Positions 37,691 to 49,830 of a stretch of 64,000 nt of DNA are shown here, piece after piece. The first letter of the stretch is position 1. Every line of letters starts with the position of its first letter. This DNA is from Squalus acanthias. Its lineage: Eukaryota. The DNA lies in assembly GCA_030390025.1 (NCBI GenBank), contig CM059431.1, positions 115,322,001-115,386,000 on the forward strand, written 5' to 3'. The notes under the pieces were generated by a model. The model worked only from the letters and a program-made list of their open reading frames with translations. It searched no databases and had not been told where the DNA came from. A program made the translations under genes and the position numbers.

Positions 37691-38659
37691 TCAGATGTAT
37701 TGTATAGTAATGCAGTGGCATTGCATGTGCAGTATAACTGGGATATAAAAAGTGTTTAGGAGTCTGACTGGCACATTGGGTTACAATATTAACTTTTCAC
37801 AACTGGGATTCTGGGCCAAAAAATGCACATGGGCGCAACCCAGTGTACGTGCTGTGATGTGCCCACCCTTGACTACTACCACTGACCACATCAAAGGTCA
37901 CAGGGCCAGAGTGTGGGGCCATAAAAGGCGGGCCTTTGGCACTTGGAGGGTGCATCTGTAGTGCCCCTACTAGATGAGGCCATAAGTACAAGAGGAAGTG
38001 GGGCTAACCCACCAGAATAGAACATGAGAGTCCTTGGCGACCTTTGTCAGGGGGGCTGCTCTTGCTTTCTAAAAAAAGTACCCCTTCACTTTTAGGGATC
38101 CAGACCACAGTCCCAGCCTGGACTCCTCCACACTGGGACTCACTTGTCGGGTACACCTTTTCTCCTTCGGGCTATTGGCATCCGATATTACACCAAGTCC
38201 CCTGTAGGCCAAGGCGCAGAAACACACAGTGATGGGCATCCCCGCCCTCGGCCCTGCTTCCTCTGACACAGATGCTCAAGTATTGGGCAGACGGAGGTTC
38301 CTTCCCTTACTAGGCCCTGCGGCAAGTCCCAGAAGCAGCACCAACACAGCACAATTGAGGAATTTCAGCCCCCTTGAATCGAACTCATTGAGATCTTATG
38401 AAAGTTTTCCCTACCTGACAACTATTAAGAACGCTAAGTGAAACATGTTCATACAGTTTTATTTCAGTTTACATTGTATTGTACAAAACCGTCCATCAAT
38501 TCAGACAAATTGGACAATCTCAATCAGAGAAGCACCAAGTAGCAGAGCTGTAGCAAATGGAAATACCACACTGCAGCGGGACAGATTACTCTTCTGATAT
38601 CATAATTATATAATGTATTGTTGGAGGGGCTACTATGTGTAATTAGGAAAAAGAATGTA

Positions 38660-39030
38660 CAACAACAACAACTTGCATTTATATAGCATCTTTAACGTAG
38701 TAAAACATCCCAAGGCGCTTCACAGTGCAGGGTGGAAGGTGGGAGGTCGGCCAAGAGAGCATTGGAATAGTTGAGCCTGGAGGTCAGAAAGGCATAGATG
38801 GGAGTTTCAGCAGTCAATGGGCTGAGGCAGGGGTGGAGACAGGCGATATTGCAGAGGAGGGAGCAGGCGGTCTTGGTGGTGGAGAGGATATGGGTCGGAA
38901 GCTCAGCTCAGGGTCAGATAGGATGCCGAGGCTGTGAACAGTCTGGTTCAGCCTAAGACAGTGGACAGGGAGGGGGATGGAGCCGGTGGCGAGAGAATGG
39001 AGTTTGTGGTGGGGACCAAAGACAATGAAG
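38660..39030 (-). mobile_element. L2 fragment with an internal deletion
   Basis: (ACA)n tail joined directly to LRLNQTVHSLGILSDPELSFRP coding. Confidence 0.85.
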
Positions 39031-39730
39031 TACACCTAGTACTGACATCCATCACCTTGATGAGCATATAATTCACAAATAAATTAGCCGTGAAACATTT
39101 ACGCCTGATTTGAATCAACTACAGATCCATTCCAGACTGAAAAGCCCCAAGTAAACAGATCTTTGGTATTTTGCAGATTGAGTTAATGACACGCATTTTT
39201 CTTCTACATCAGTGCAGCACAATGATTGATTTTAAGTTTAATTCAGATTTCCCATGTATAAGAAAGTGAAGCAAAATCTGCATAATACATTACACAGAGA
39301 GAGGTAGCTAAACAGCAGAGGCCAATTTAACTAGCCAATGGGATCGAGCAGGACTGGTGGGCACCTGGAAAAATAAAACAAAAAAAGATAGTAAAAGAAC
39401 AACTACTAAAAGTATTAGGGCCCAGATATGTGGTAGTTAAATAATCCAGCCAAATTTTCACTGGTAGATGCCTAGTAGAATATAACATTGGCCATAATCT
39501 AGGGACACACAGGCTCTGTGCTGAATGAAAATTAAAATACGAGGCAATTGCTGAGTGCTTGAGGTCTTCGATTCCAATATATAACCTGTGTGTTCCTATA
39601 ATAAATCCATTAGTAGATGGTTTGTTGCATGCATGATTCCTTTAAGAATCTATATTTTCCTTCTTTGATGATTAAGTTAGTTTCTAAAGCGAATTTGTGC
39701 CAGCAATCAATCAGATTACACCATGATACT

Positions 39731-41225
39731 CTTCTTCTTCTTCTTAGGCAGTCCCTCGGAACCGAGGATGACTTGCTTCCACATTAAAAATGAGTTCGCA
39801 GGTGACTGATGAGTCCAATGCGGGACCTACAGTCTCTGTCACAGGTGGGGCAGACGGTGGTTGAAGGGGCGGGTGGGTGGGGTGCTTGGGTTGACGTGCG
39901 CTCCTTGCGCTGCCTGCGCTTGGCTTCCGCTTGCTCCCGGCGAAGAGATTCGAGGTGTTCGGCGCCTTCCCGGATGCTTCTCTTCCACTTTGTGCGGTCT
40001 TGGGCCAGGAATTCCCAGGTGTCGGTGGGGATGTTACACTTTTTCAAGGAGGCTTTGAGGGTGCCCTTGAAGCGTTTCCTCTGCCCACCTGGGGCTCTCT
40101 TGCCGTGTCGGAGCTCCGAGTAGAGCGCTTGTTTTGGGAGTCTCGTATTGGGCATGCGGACAATGTGACCTGTCCATCGAAGCTGATTGTGCATGGTCAA
40201 AGCTTCGATGCTGGGGATGTTGGCCTGAGCAAGAACACTGACGTTGGTGCGCCTATCCTGCCAATGGATTTGCAGGATCTTGCGGAGGCAGCATTGGTGG
40301 TACCTCTCCAGTGCTTTGAGGTGCCTGCTGTACATGGTCCATGTCTCTGAAGCGTACAGGAGGGCGGATATCACTACTGCTCTGTAGACCATGAGCTTGG
40401 TGCTGGGTTTGAGGTCCTGGTCTTCAAACATTCTCTTACTCAGGCGACCGAAGGCTGCACTGGCACACTGAAGGCGGTGTTGGACTTCGTCGTCGACGTT
40501 TGCCCTTGTTGACAGTAGGCTTCCGAGGTATGGAAAGTGGTCCACGTTGTCCAAGGCCTTGTCGTGGAGTTTGATAATTGGGGGGCAGTACTGTGTGGCG
40601 GGGGCAGGTTGGTAGAGGACCTTTGTCTTACGGATGTTTAGTGTAAGGCCCATGCTCTCGTACGCTTCGGTGAAGGTGTTGACGATGGTTTGGAGTTCGA
40701 CCTCCGAGTGAGCGCAGACGCAAGCGTCGTCTGCATACTGTAATTCGACGACAGAGGATGGGACGACCTTGGATCTGGACTGGAGGTGACGGAGGTTGAA
40801 CAGTTTCCCATTTGTTCTGTAAATTAGCTCCACTCCAGTGTGGAGCTTACTGAGGGTGAGATGGAGCATTGCAGCAAGGAAGATCGAGAAGAGCGTTGGT
40901 GCAATGACACAGCCTTGCTTGACCCCAGTTCGTACGTGAATTGGGTCTGTGGTGGAACCGTTGGTCAGGATCACGGCTTGCATGTCGTCATGAAGCAGGC
41001 GGAGGATGGTGACAAACTTTTGAGGGTAGCCGAATTTGAGGAGGACACTCCATAATCCCTCACGGTTGACAGTGTCGAAGGCCTTTGTGAGATCAAAGAA
41101 GGCCATGTACAGCGGTTGGTGCTGTTTCCTGCATTTCTCTTGTAATTGATGTGCGGTGAAGATCATGTTCATTGTGCCCCTTAGTGGGCGGAATCCGCAT
41201 TGCAACTCTGGGAGGAGCTCTTCGG
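39731..41225 (-). mobile_element. RTE-clade LINE, 5'-truncated, young
   Basis: (GAA)n tail, exact 10-bp TSD CCATGATACT (39721-39730, 41226-41235) and an uninterrupted RT ORF. Confidence 0.95.
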
Positions 41226-41229
41226 CCAT
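39784..41229 (-). CDS. RTE reverse transcriptase + C-terminal C2H2-like zinc finger (partial, TE-encoded, 481 aa)
   Basis: QCGFR, FFDLTKAFDTVNR, GVKQGCVIAPTLF, YADD, FPYLGS and CPTCDRDCRSRIGLISHLRTH. The initial ATG comes from the TSD. Confidence 0.85.
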   Translation of the reverse strand: MAEELLPELQCGFRPLRGTMNMIFTAHQLQEKCRKQHQPLYMAFFDLTKAFDTVNREGLWSVLLKFGYPQKFVTILRLLHDDMQAVILTNGSTTDPIHVRTGVKQGCVIAPTLFSIFLAAMLHLTLSKLHTGVELIYRTNGKLFNLRHLQSRSKVVPSSVVELQYADDACVCAHSEVELQTIVNTFTEAYESMGLTLNIRKTKVLYQPAPATQYCPPIIKLHDKALDNVDHFPYLGSLLSTRANVDDEVQHRLQCASAAFGRLSKRMFEDQDLKPSTKLMVYRAVVISALLYASETWTMYSRHLKALERYHQCCLRKILQIHWQDRRTNVSVLAQANIPSIEALTMHNQLRWTGHIVRMPNTRLPKQALYSELRHGKRAPGGQRKRFKGTLKASLKKCNIPTDTWEFLAQDRTKWKRSIREGAEHLESLRREQAEAKRRQRKERTSTQAPHPPAPSTTVCPTCDRDCRSRIGLISHLRTHF

Positions 41230-41479
41230 GATACTATTATATCACTGAAGAACAATCTCATTGTTTCTTTTATTCCTAATTTTCTCCACTCCTGAAGGCA
41301 ATGAGGCTGAAATTCCTCAGGAGCACCCTCCAGTACCCTCAAGTGCTGACCCCTGTGTAAAGGAGCTGATCTCTCCTAAAGGCATTGACTTGTGCTAAGG
41401 TATGTTTCCATGGGTGCTGGTAACTCTTCATTAGCTCAGCCAAATGGCCAATCTTCATGTTTGTGTCAAGACGGTGTAT

Positions 41480-42635
41480 GGCTGAATTTTCCGGGTATAG
41501 TGCCCCTGATCAAAAAAACGTCTCTGCTCCTATTGGACTGCCCATGACTTTCCTGTCCTCGTCTGAGTTGACTCCTGCACTGCTGTACCTGAAGGAGGCT
41601 CAGGTATTCAAATGAATCAGTATTGGGATGTTTATGACCTATGACCTATGACCTGATTTCCTGTCCCAGCGCCAGTCACAGGTCATGCGCTAGCTGACCA
41701 AGTGAAAAAGAGGTGCTAGCAAAAAACTGGGAGATTTTGAGCACTTCGAGATCTGAAGCAAGAAATCTGATGTACGGATGCTTTAATTACTTAGAAACCT
41801 CATTCCTTTGTTGCTATTCTAGACCTTAAAGGGATACTTTCTCCTAAAAGGTTTGGCTGCAGTGAGGATAACTGTCTACACTGCAGAATGGCAGTTCCCA
41901 TTGGAATCTGTCTGCACATGTGCTATCTGGAGGAAAAGGAAAAGGACGAGCAGGAATGTCTTTAGGACGCAGTGAAGCTACACCAGAGATGGGGCGCAAC
42001 AGCTCAGGGGTACCCAGCTGAGGAGGTTTATAGATCCTGATGGAAATTCCTGGACAGTAGTGAGGAGCAATTCCTCTGGAGGCTTTCGTTTAGTAGATAA
42101 GTCATCAAAGAGTTTCATCACCTGCTTGGACAGAACCTGAAACCACAGTACCTAACTTCACCATACAGTCTGTGCCACTGAAGATCACCACAGCGCTCAA
42201 TTTCTATACCACTGGAGGGTTTCAGGGAGCCGTTGTGGACACAGGTTTCATAAGCCAGTCGGCAGGGCAGCCACCAGGATATGATGTCTTGTTTACTGGT
42301 GCAAATCAATATATTCTGCCCTCCATGAATGCCAGAGAGCAGCAAGCACATGCCCTTGGCCTCTACTGACTCGCTGGCTTACCCAGGTTGAGGCGACTGA
42401 TTGACAGGGTCCATGTTGGCTTGTGGGCTCCCACTGAGAAGAATACCCCTTACATGAATCGTAAGGGGCACTGCTCCATTAATGTCCAGCTAGTGTGTGC
42501 GATCAGTGACACCAAATGTTGCAGGTGAATGCCAGATTCCTTGGCAGCTTGCGCAATGCCTTCATCCTCAGACAATCCAATAGATTCCACTCTTGTTTGA
42601 AGAAGGGCAAGGATTGAACGACTGGTTTCCAGGAA
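41480..42635 (+). pseudogene. PIF/Harbinger DDE transposase relic (HARBI1-like)
   Basis: VPLKITTALNFYTTGGFQGAVVDTGFISQSA, then AGLPRLRRLIDRVHVGLWAP...YMNRKGHCSINVQLVC, with stops and frameshifts. Truncated by a LINE. Confidence 0.85.
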
Positions 42636-42639
42636 CCTG

Positions 42640-43200
42640 GCCTACCTACTGCTTCCACCATCTACATGGCACAAGTCAGGAGTGTGATGGAATACTCTCC
42701 ACTTGCCTGGATGAGTGCAGCTCCAACAACACTCAAGAAGCTCGACACCATCCAGGGCAAAGCAGCCCGCTTGATTGGCACTCATCCAACACCTTAAACA
42801 TTCACTCCCTCCACCACCAGCGTACCGTGGCTGCAGTGTGTACCATCTACAAGATGCACTGCAGAAACTCGCCAAGGCTTCTTTGTCAGCACCTCCCAAA
42901 TCCGCAACCTCTACCACCTAGAAGGACAAGGGCAACAGGCACATGGGTACCCCATCACCTCCAAGTTCCCCGACAAGTTACACACCATCCTGACTTGGAA
43001 ATATATCGCCGTTCCTTAATCGTCGCTGGGTCAAAATCCTGGAACTCCCTCCTTAATAGCACTGTGGGAGAATATTCACCATAAGGACTGCAGCAGTTCA
43101 AGAAGGCGGCTCACCACCAGCTTCTCGAGGGCAATTAGGGATGGGCAATAAATGCTGGCCTCGCCAGCGACGCCCACATCCCAGGAACTAATATAAAAAA
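42640..43200 (+). mobile_element. CR1/L2-group LINE 3' fragment
   Basis: AQVRSVMEYSPLAWMSAAPTTLKKLDTIQ coding and tail GGGCAATAAATGCTGGCC...AAAAAA. Homologous to 3990-4795. Confidence 0.88.
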
Positions 43201-43760
43201 CAACACCCCTCTGGGATCCATTTAATTAGCCCCCATTGTGTCCGACTTTAAATCATTTTTTTCCCAGGATCTCAAATCTATGGAACTATTTACCTTCCTC
43301 CCTCAGTTTTTCTTTCCTTCTACTGTCTCAGGCTTTTAAATCCCAAACCTGACATCGACAAATCACTGCCTCATGATTTACCTTTTTTTTTTTAGCAAAG
43401 CCTTGCTTCATTACCTTGCTTTCTCAAGCAAAAGCAGATAGTTGAGAATCACAACCTCTCAGATCTCTATAGATTTTAGCCCATGCCAAATGTTGACTGA
43501 ATCTGAGTAGTAATCCCCATTACTGGCGATAAATAATTTTCAACCAGTCATTGATTAGGATCATAATCATTTCTATTGAAAGAGTATTGCTGTCTACCTC
43601 AAGATCTATTTTTCAGTATTGTAGAGCAGCAAGCACTAAATATATGGCTCATGACTTCATAATTTGTTATTAGTTTGTGAATGAGAATAGTGGAGTGTTT
43701 ATTGGTTAGAATGAATAAAACAATACTTACAAAACCCACACCTATAGCTAATTGGATTTA

Positions 43761-44228
43761 AAAGAAAGACTTGCATTTCTATAGCGCCTTTCACGACCAC
43801 CGGACATCTCAAAGCGCTTTACAGCCAATGAAGCATTTTTGAAGTGTAGTCACTGTTGTAATGTGGGAAACGCGGCAGCCAATTTGCACACAGCAATCTC
43901 CCAAAAACAGCAATGTGATAATGACCAGATAATCTGTTTTTGTAATGTTGGTTGAGGGATAAATATTGGCCAGGACACCGGGGATAACTCCCCTGCACTT
44001 TTTCGAAATAGTGCCATGGGATCTTTTACACCCACCTGAGAAAGCAGACAGGGCCTCAGTTTAATGTCTCATCCGAGAGACGGCACCTCTGATAGTGCAG
44101 CACTCCCTCAGCACTGCACTGGAGAGTCAGCTCAGCTTTATGTGCTTCAAGTTCCTGTAGTGGGAACTTGAGCCCATAACCTTCTGACTCAGAAGCAAGT
44201 GTGCTACCCACTGAGCCACAGCTGACAC
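43761..44228 (-). mobile_element. DeuSINE (SacSINE1-like)
   Basis: Full-length reverse-complement homologue of 25860-26330. Confidence 0.9.
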
Positions 44229-45242
44229 TTCTATTTAGGGCAGATTTTCATAGATCTGGAGCACGAGCCTGACAAGGAACTCACTCAATTTCCGTTCCAT
44301 TAAATGGGCTTAGACCCAGGAAAATCTCTCCTACTGTTTCAACTAAGTTTCAACTAGCCAACATAAAAATGTTAAATTAGTATGAGCTATTATTTCTCAT
44401 TAAACAACCATTACTTATCACTTGATAAACTAGCAATGAGCAGTGGCACTCTTCAATGCTGATATAATCACACATCAGCAACTTGGTGTGTATTAGCCAT
44501 TCAGCATCTGTTTAAACATCTAATTATGGCAAAAAAGATGATTTGAAATAGAATAAAATCACTCCCATGATCTTTATAATCCACGTTATAAAAAAATTAA
44601 TACATTTCCTGGGAACAATTTCAAGATTGCAATCTTAACGTGGGGTTGAGATAACCGATGTAGTTCACATCGTCATGTGAACCATCAATTACTACCTTGT
44701 AATTTCTGCTTGGTGTTTGTTATGTCCTACATGTAAATGTCATAAGCAAAAAGAGTTATTTCAACAAAATCCTATAAACTGTCTAATAAACATGAAACAC
44801 GTTTAATAACAGTGCAGACAGAGTAACGACTTTCTCCAGGATGCATTGTGGATCACATAGGATTTAAACTGCAGAAACCACAAAGAGCTGAAGTAACTGG
44901 GTAACTAAATTATGTTATTTTGGTATATAAACAGACAATTCTGGAAATGCACAGGAAGTCAGTCAGCATCTGCAGAAGTAAGATAGGTTAATATTTCCGG
45001 TGGGCTAAATTACTTTTAATCTTTATAATGATTTGAGCACGTAATCTAGGCTGGCACTTCAGTACAGTACTGAGGGAGTGCTACACTGTCGGAGATGCGT
45101 CTTTTGGATGAGACGTTAAACCAAGACATCTACCCTCTCTGGTGGACGTAAAAGATCCCATGGCACTATTTGAAGAAGAGCAGGGGAGTTCTTCCAGTGC
45201 TCTGGCCAATATTTATCCCTCAGCCAACACCTAAAAACAGAT

Positions 45243-45386
45243 ACAAAAGCAAAACACTGCGGACGCTGGAAATCTAAAATAAAAACAGAAAATGCTGGAA
45301 ATACTCAGCAGGTCAGGCAGCATCTGTGGAGAGAGTAACAGAGTTAATGTTTCAGGTCGATGACCCTTCATCAGAACCTTTTTATT
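45243..45386 (-). mobile_element. Penelope terminal-repeat fragment (family 2) with a hammerhead motif at 45343-45377
   Basis: 14-bp TSD ACCTAAAAACAGAT. Minus strand reads GTT-CTGATGA-A-GGGTC(ATC)GACCT-GAAA-CA-TT-AAC. Homologous to 61520-61656. Confidence 0.82.
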
Positions 45387-45473
45387 ACCTAAAAACAGAT
45401 GATCTGGTCATTATGTCATCGGTGTTTCTGGGACCTTGCAATGTGCAAATAAGCTGCTGCATTTCTCTACATT

Positions 45474-45684
45474 GATGCGGAGATGCCGGTGTTGGACTGG
45501 GGTGAACAAAAGTGAGAAGTCGCACAACACCAGGTTATAGTCCAACAGTTTTATTTGAAATCACAAGCTTTCGGAGCGCTGCTCCTTCGTCAGGCGTCAC
45601 CTGACGAAGGAGCAGTCACTCCGAAAGCTTGTGATTTCAAATAAAACTGTTGGATTATAACCTGGTGTTGTGCGACTTCTCACT
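45474..45684. mobile_element. Palindromic Penelope terminal-repeat element (family 1) with two opposed hammerhead motifs
   Basis: ~87-bp inverted arms (45508-45594, 45600-45687) and 12-bp TSD TTTCTCTACATT. Confidence 0.88.
45597..45634 (+). ncRNA. Minimal type I hammerhead ribozyme motif
   Basis: TCAC-CTGACGA-A-GGAG(CAGTCA)CTCC-GAAA-GC-TT-GTGA has an intact CUGANGA/GAAA/UH core and palindromic AAGCTT at stem III. Confidence 0.8.
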
Positions 45685-46339
45685 TTTCTCTACATTACAA
45701 CAGCGACTACACTTCAAAAGTATTTCATTGGGTGTAAAGTGCTTTGGGATGTCTAAGATCGCGCAAGGCATTGTAAATAAATGCAAGTTCTTTCTTTATT
45801 TGGTATGTATGTATCTAGCTATCTATCTTTTGTGTCTATGAGAGTATAGAGATGTATTAAAGATGTATAGAGATGTATTAAAGTGTGATTGTAGTGTATC
45901 AAAAACATTGCTCATTGGTCCATGTTCACTGGTTAATTATTGTTCCTGCCCCCCCACCCAATTTTAACCTCATTTGCATTGTTTTTGAATTACTTTTCTT
46001 TCTTCCCACTTGTTCTTACTTCTCTCTGTTTCCACTTCCTTCCAACATCCTTCTAACCTGCTAGTCCCACTCTTGGCTTTTTCCTCACCCTCACCTTCAT
46101 TCCAGACCTACAATATCCAGCTGACTTTGATTATTGATTATTGATTATTGATCGCCTAACCGGATTTTCTTTTTTTTTCAAATCCACCTAACTTTACACC
46201 AGGAGAGTGTGCAGCTCGAGGGGCCGTATGTGCCTACTCCTGCTCTGAATTCTTATGTTCTCTTCTTAAATTAGTTCCAAGGGATCTTTTACATCCACCT
46301 TAGTAGACAAATGGGGCCTTGGTTTAATGTCTCAGCTCA

Positions 46340-47782
46340 AAGAAAGGAAGGAGGGAGGCAGAAAGCAGGAAACTATAGACCAGTTAGCCTAACATCTGTC
46401 GTTGGGAAAATGCTGGCGTCCTTCATTAAGGAAGCAGTAGCAGGGCATTTAGAAAAACATACTGCAGTCAAACAGAGTCAGCATGGTTTTAGGAAAGGGA
46501 AATCATGTTTAACAAATTTGCTGGAGTTCTTTGAGGATGTAACAAGCAGGGTGGACAAGGGTGAGCCAGTGGATGTGGTGTATTTGGATTTCCAGAAGGC
46601 ATTCGATAAGGTGCCACATAAAAGGTTACTGCATAAGATAAGAGCTCACAGAGTTGGGGGTAATATATTAGCATGGATGGAGAATTGGCTAACTAACAGA
46701 AAGCAGAGAGTCGGGATAAATGGGTCATTTTCTGGTTGGCAAACGGTAACTAGTGGGGTGCCACAAGGATCGGTGCTGGGGCCCTAACTATTTACAATCT
46801 ACATTAATGACATAGATGAAGGGATCGAGTGTAATGTAGCCAAGTTTGCGGATGATACAAAGATGGGTGGGAAAGCAAGTTGTGCAGAGGACTCAAAGAA
46901 TCTGCAAAGGGATATAGACAGGCTAGGTGAGTGGGCAAACATTTGGCAGATGGAGTATAATGTGGGAAAGTGCGAGGTTATCCACTTTGGCAGGAAAAAT
47001 AAAAAAGCAAACTATTATTTAAATGGAGAGAGATTACAAAATGCTACAGTTCAGAGGGACCTGGGGGTCCTTGTGCATGAAACACAAAAAGTTAGCATGC
47101 AGGTACAGCAAGTAATCAAAAAGGCAAATGAAATGTTGGCCTTTATTTCAAGGGGGTTGGAGTATAAAAGCAGGGAAGTCCTGCTACAACTGTACAGGGT
47201 ATTGGTGAGACCACACCTTGAGTACTGCGCACAGTTTTGGTCTCCTTATTTAAGGAAGGATATACTTGCATTGGAGGCAGTTCAGAGACGATTCACAAGG
47301 TTAATTCCAGAGATGAGGGGTTTGATGTATGAGGAAAGGTTGAGCAGGCTGGGCCTATACTCATTGGAATTTAGAAGAATGAGAGGTGATCTTATCGAAA
47401 CATATATGATACTGAGGGGGCTCGACAGGGTAGATGCAGAGAGGATGTTTCCCCTCATGGGGAAATCTAGAACTTGGGGGCACAGTCTCAGAATAAAGGG
47501 TCGCCCTTTTAGAACTGAGATGAGGAGGAACTTCTTCTCTCAGAGGGTCGTAAATCTGTGGAATTCTCTGCCCCAGAGAGCTGTGGAGGCTGGGTCATTA
47601 AATACATTTAAGGTGGAGATAGACACATTTTTGCAAGATAAGGGAGTGAAGGGTTATGGGGAGTGGGCGGGGAAGTGGCTTTGAGCCCAAGATCAGCCAT
47701 GATCTTATTGAATGGTGGAGCAGGCTCGAGGGGCCAAGTGGCCTATTCCTGCTCCTATTTCTTATGTTCTTATGTTCTTATG
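46340..47782 (+). mobile_element. CR1 LINE, 5'-truncated and young, inserted in a minus-strand DeuSINE (46275-46340, 47783-47915)
   Basis: ORFs 46311..46787 and 46863..47684 are separated by a single stop. FADD motif and (TTCTTATG)n tail. Confidence 0.93.
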
Positions 47783-49249
47783 GCACTTCTGCCAACGCAG
47801 CACTCCCTCAGTACTGGACAGGTTTGTCAGCCTAGATTATATGCTCAAGTCTTGGAGTGGATCTTGAAGTCACAGCTTTCTAACCCAGAGGCGAGAGTGC
47901 TACCAATTGAGCCAAATTGGTAGCCAAAAAAAGGATGACAAAGATAAAGACAGAGAGACGGAGACAGAAGGAATTAAAGATTATGAGACAAACAGAGAGA
48001 CATTTACAAGAAGAGAGAGAGACACTTTTACACTTGTCCGTGACCAACTCAATTGGAGATCAGCCGGTATTATTTAATTTGAAAATAGCTTAGTTTGTTT
48101 CTCAAAAATGTGGATCGACTGGAAGATTAGTAATGTGGTTTATGCTGTATTCTGAATTTGTCCGTAGATGGTCACAAAATGTTACTGGGAACAATTTTAA
48201 ATTTAGAGACATTCGTGGCACAAAACTAGAAATGTCATTCCTCTATAAGTTAAATATAGCTAGTCTATAAATATAAGACCATACATTATTCGAAAAGAAT
48301 AAACCAGTATTCTGAGTATATGCTTTCCATTCTTCACTGTTTAACTGCAGACACAAATGATAGTATTTTCTTTTTCAGACATGCCATTCAATCCACCACA
48401 AAACTGTGACTCTTCAAAGGCAGTGAGGCACCACCTAGCTGACACTAAGCTGTTACTGTAATAAATGCTTTTTGTTGTAATTTTTGGCACCTTTGCATTT
48501 ACGGGCCGGTATTCAAACTTCTCTCTGTTATTCTGGGATTTTGTTTTGTTTTGCAGACAGCTTAAAAAAGCCATTTCAATCGTCTGCCATTTTTGGTACT
48601 TATTCTTACAGATTCAATGCAGAGTGGAACCTATCTCCATTACAATTAGTCTGCTGCTTCGAAGGTGCCTATAACATTTCTTTTAAATTATATTTTTTTG
48701 GAACGAAAATTTGGCAGACGTACGAGTTACTTGAGTTACTTAAAATAAACTTACTTTACTTTAACTTGTTAAGGGGAAAAAAAATTAAACGTACATGATT
48801 GTGGCTTCTGTTTCTGTGTGAGTGGACAGTCTCTGTGGAATGCGGGCTGGTTTCATGTAAAATGAGTGTTTTTACAGCACGTATTTTTGCACACTTGACA
48901 TGATGTTTTTTTCCAGATCTGATAAAGAGAGAAATCATTATTTAACAGCTGGTTTTGATTGTAGGTGCAGGAAAGCAGCCGGTGTGCACATTATATTAAG
49001 AATGGAGATGATTGGCTGGGTTGAAACGAGACCCAAATCAAACTGAAAATCCAAAGTGGGCTAACATTGAAAATTTGAACATTTCTTCACAAACACCCAT
49101 ATTATCTCCACTTTAGATAAGTTTTGGATCAGATATAATTTCTACTTAAAAAATAAATAAGTTATTCTTGCCATTATTTCCTATATGTTAGTGATAGCTT
49201 ATGCAGTGGGTGGCGAGTGAGGGACACCTTTGGCTGAAGCCATAGTAAT

Positions 49250-49830
49250 GAATGGCTCAGCAAGCTTATCCAATGAATAGGTGAGCCGAACAGAGCAGGA
49301 AGGTCCCAGATTCCATCCCCGGTCAGTGCTAAGTTATCTGATCTCACCTGGGATGGTGGTACGTGCACTACCATTGGACAGAGTGCCTCTGGATCAGGTA
49401 GGGTGAAATCAGACAACGTTCTTGTCCCCGATTGCTAATCAGCAACCCCTGCTGGATGTATGCATGTGTGACTATTGGGTGAAGACAGAATAGGGCACAG
49501 CTGTGGAGACCCTTGCATTCTAATGTCCTGCTGACACACGTTCCTGGAATTTCCACGGGGGTTCTCTGGCAGGAGTTCGTCGAAACCTGTGGAGAGACAC
49601 AGTAAATGACCAAAAGCGGCCATTTACACCGTTTCTCCAGGGGTTCCACCGATCTCTGACTGAGGTTATGGCAGGAGATCGGGAGAACCATATGGAAATT
49701 CAGGGCCTCACTATCTAACCTCACAATGAAGAACCACCACATGGGCAAGGTACTGGAAGCAGGTACCTGCGAAATGAGCCCCCAAAAAGAAGACAATGCC
49801 TTAAAAAGAGGAGGGGGCAGAAAATTGGCT
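49250..49830 (+). mobile_element. AmnSINE2-like SINE, near full length, split by a hairpin MITE
   Basis: CAGGAAGGTCCCAG..TGATCTCA..ACCCCTGCTGGA..GGGTGAAGACAG..TCACTATCTA..ATGAAGAA..GGTACTGGA in the order of the recalled consensus. Confidence 0.7.
49541..49707. mobile_element. Short palindromic MITE
   Basis: GAATTTCCA..GGTTCTC..GGAGA.AC..GTAAATG / CATTTAC..GTTTCTCC..GAGAACC..TGGAAATTC fold-back. Confidence 0.75.

Larger units (their letters stand above)
45030..45800 (+). mobile_element. DeuSINE carrying two independent Penelope insertions
   Basis: The SINE is contiguous once 45243-45386 and 45474-45684 are removed. Confidence 0.88.

Noticed and set aside
39809..41055. Plus-strand ORFs over the RTE, and similar ORFs antisense to CR1/L2 copies
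   Set aside because: Antisense shadows of retrotransposon coding sequence.
48418..48450. miR-34/449-like AGGCAGTG..TAGCTG
   Set aside because: Spacing does not match the mature miRNAs and no supporting hairpin is evident.
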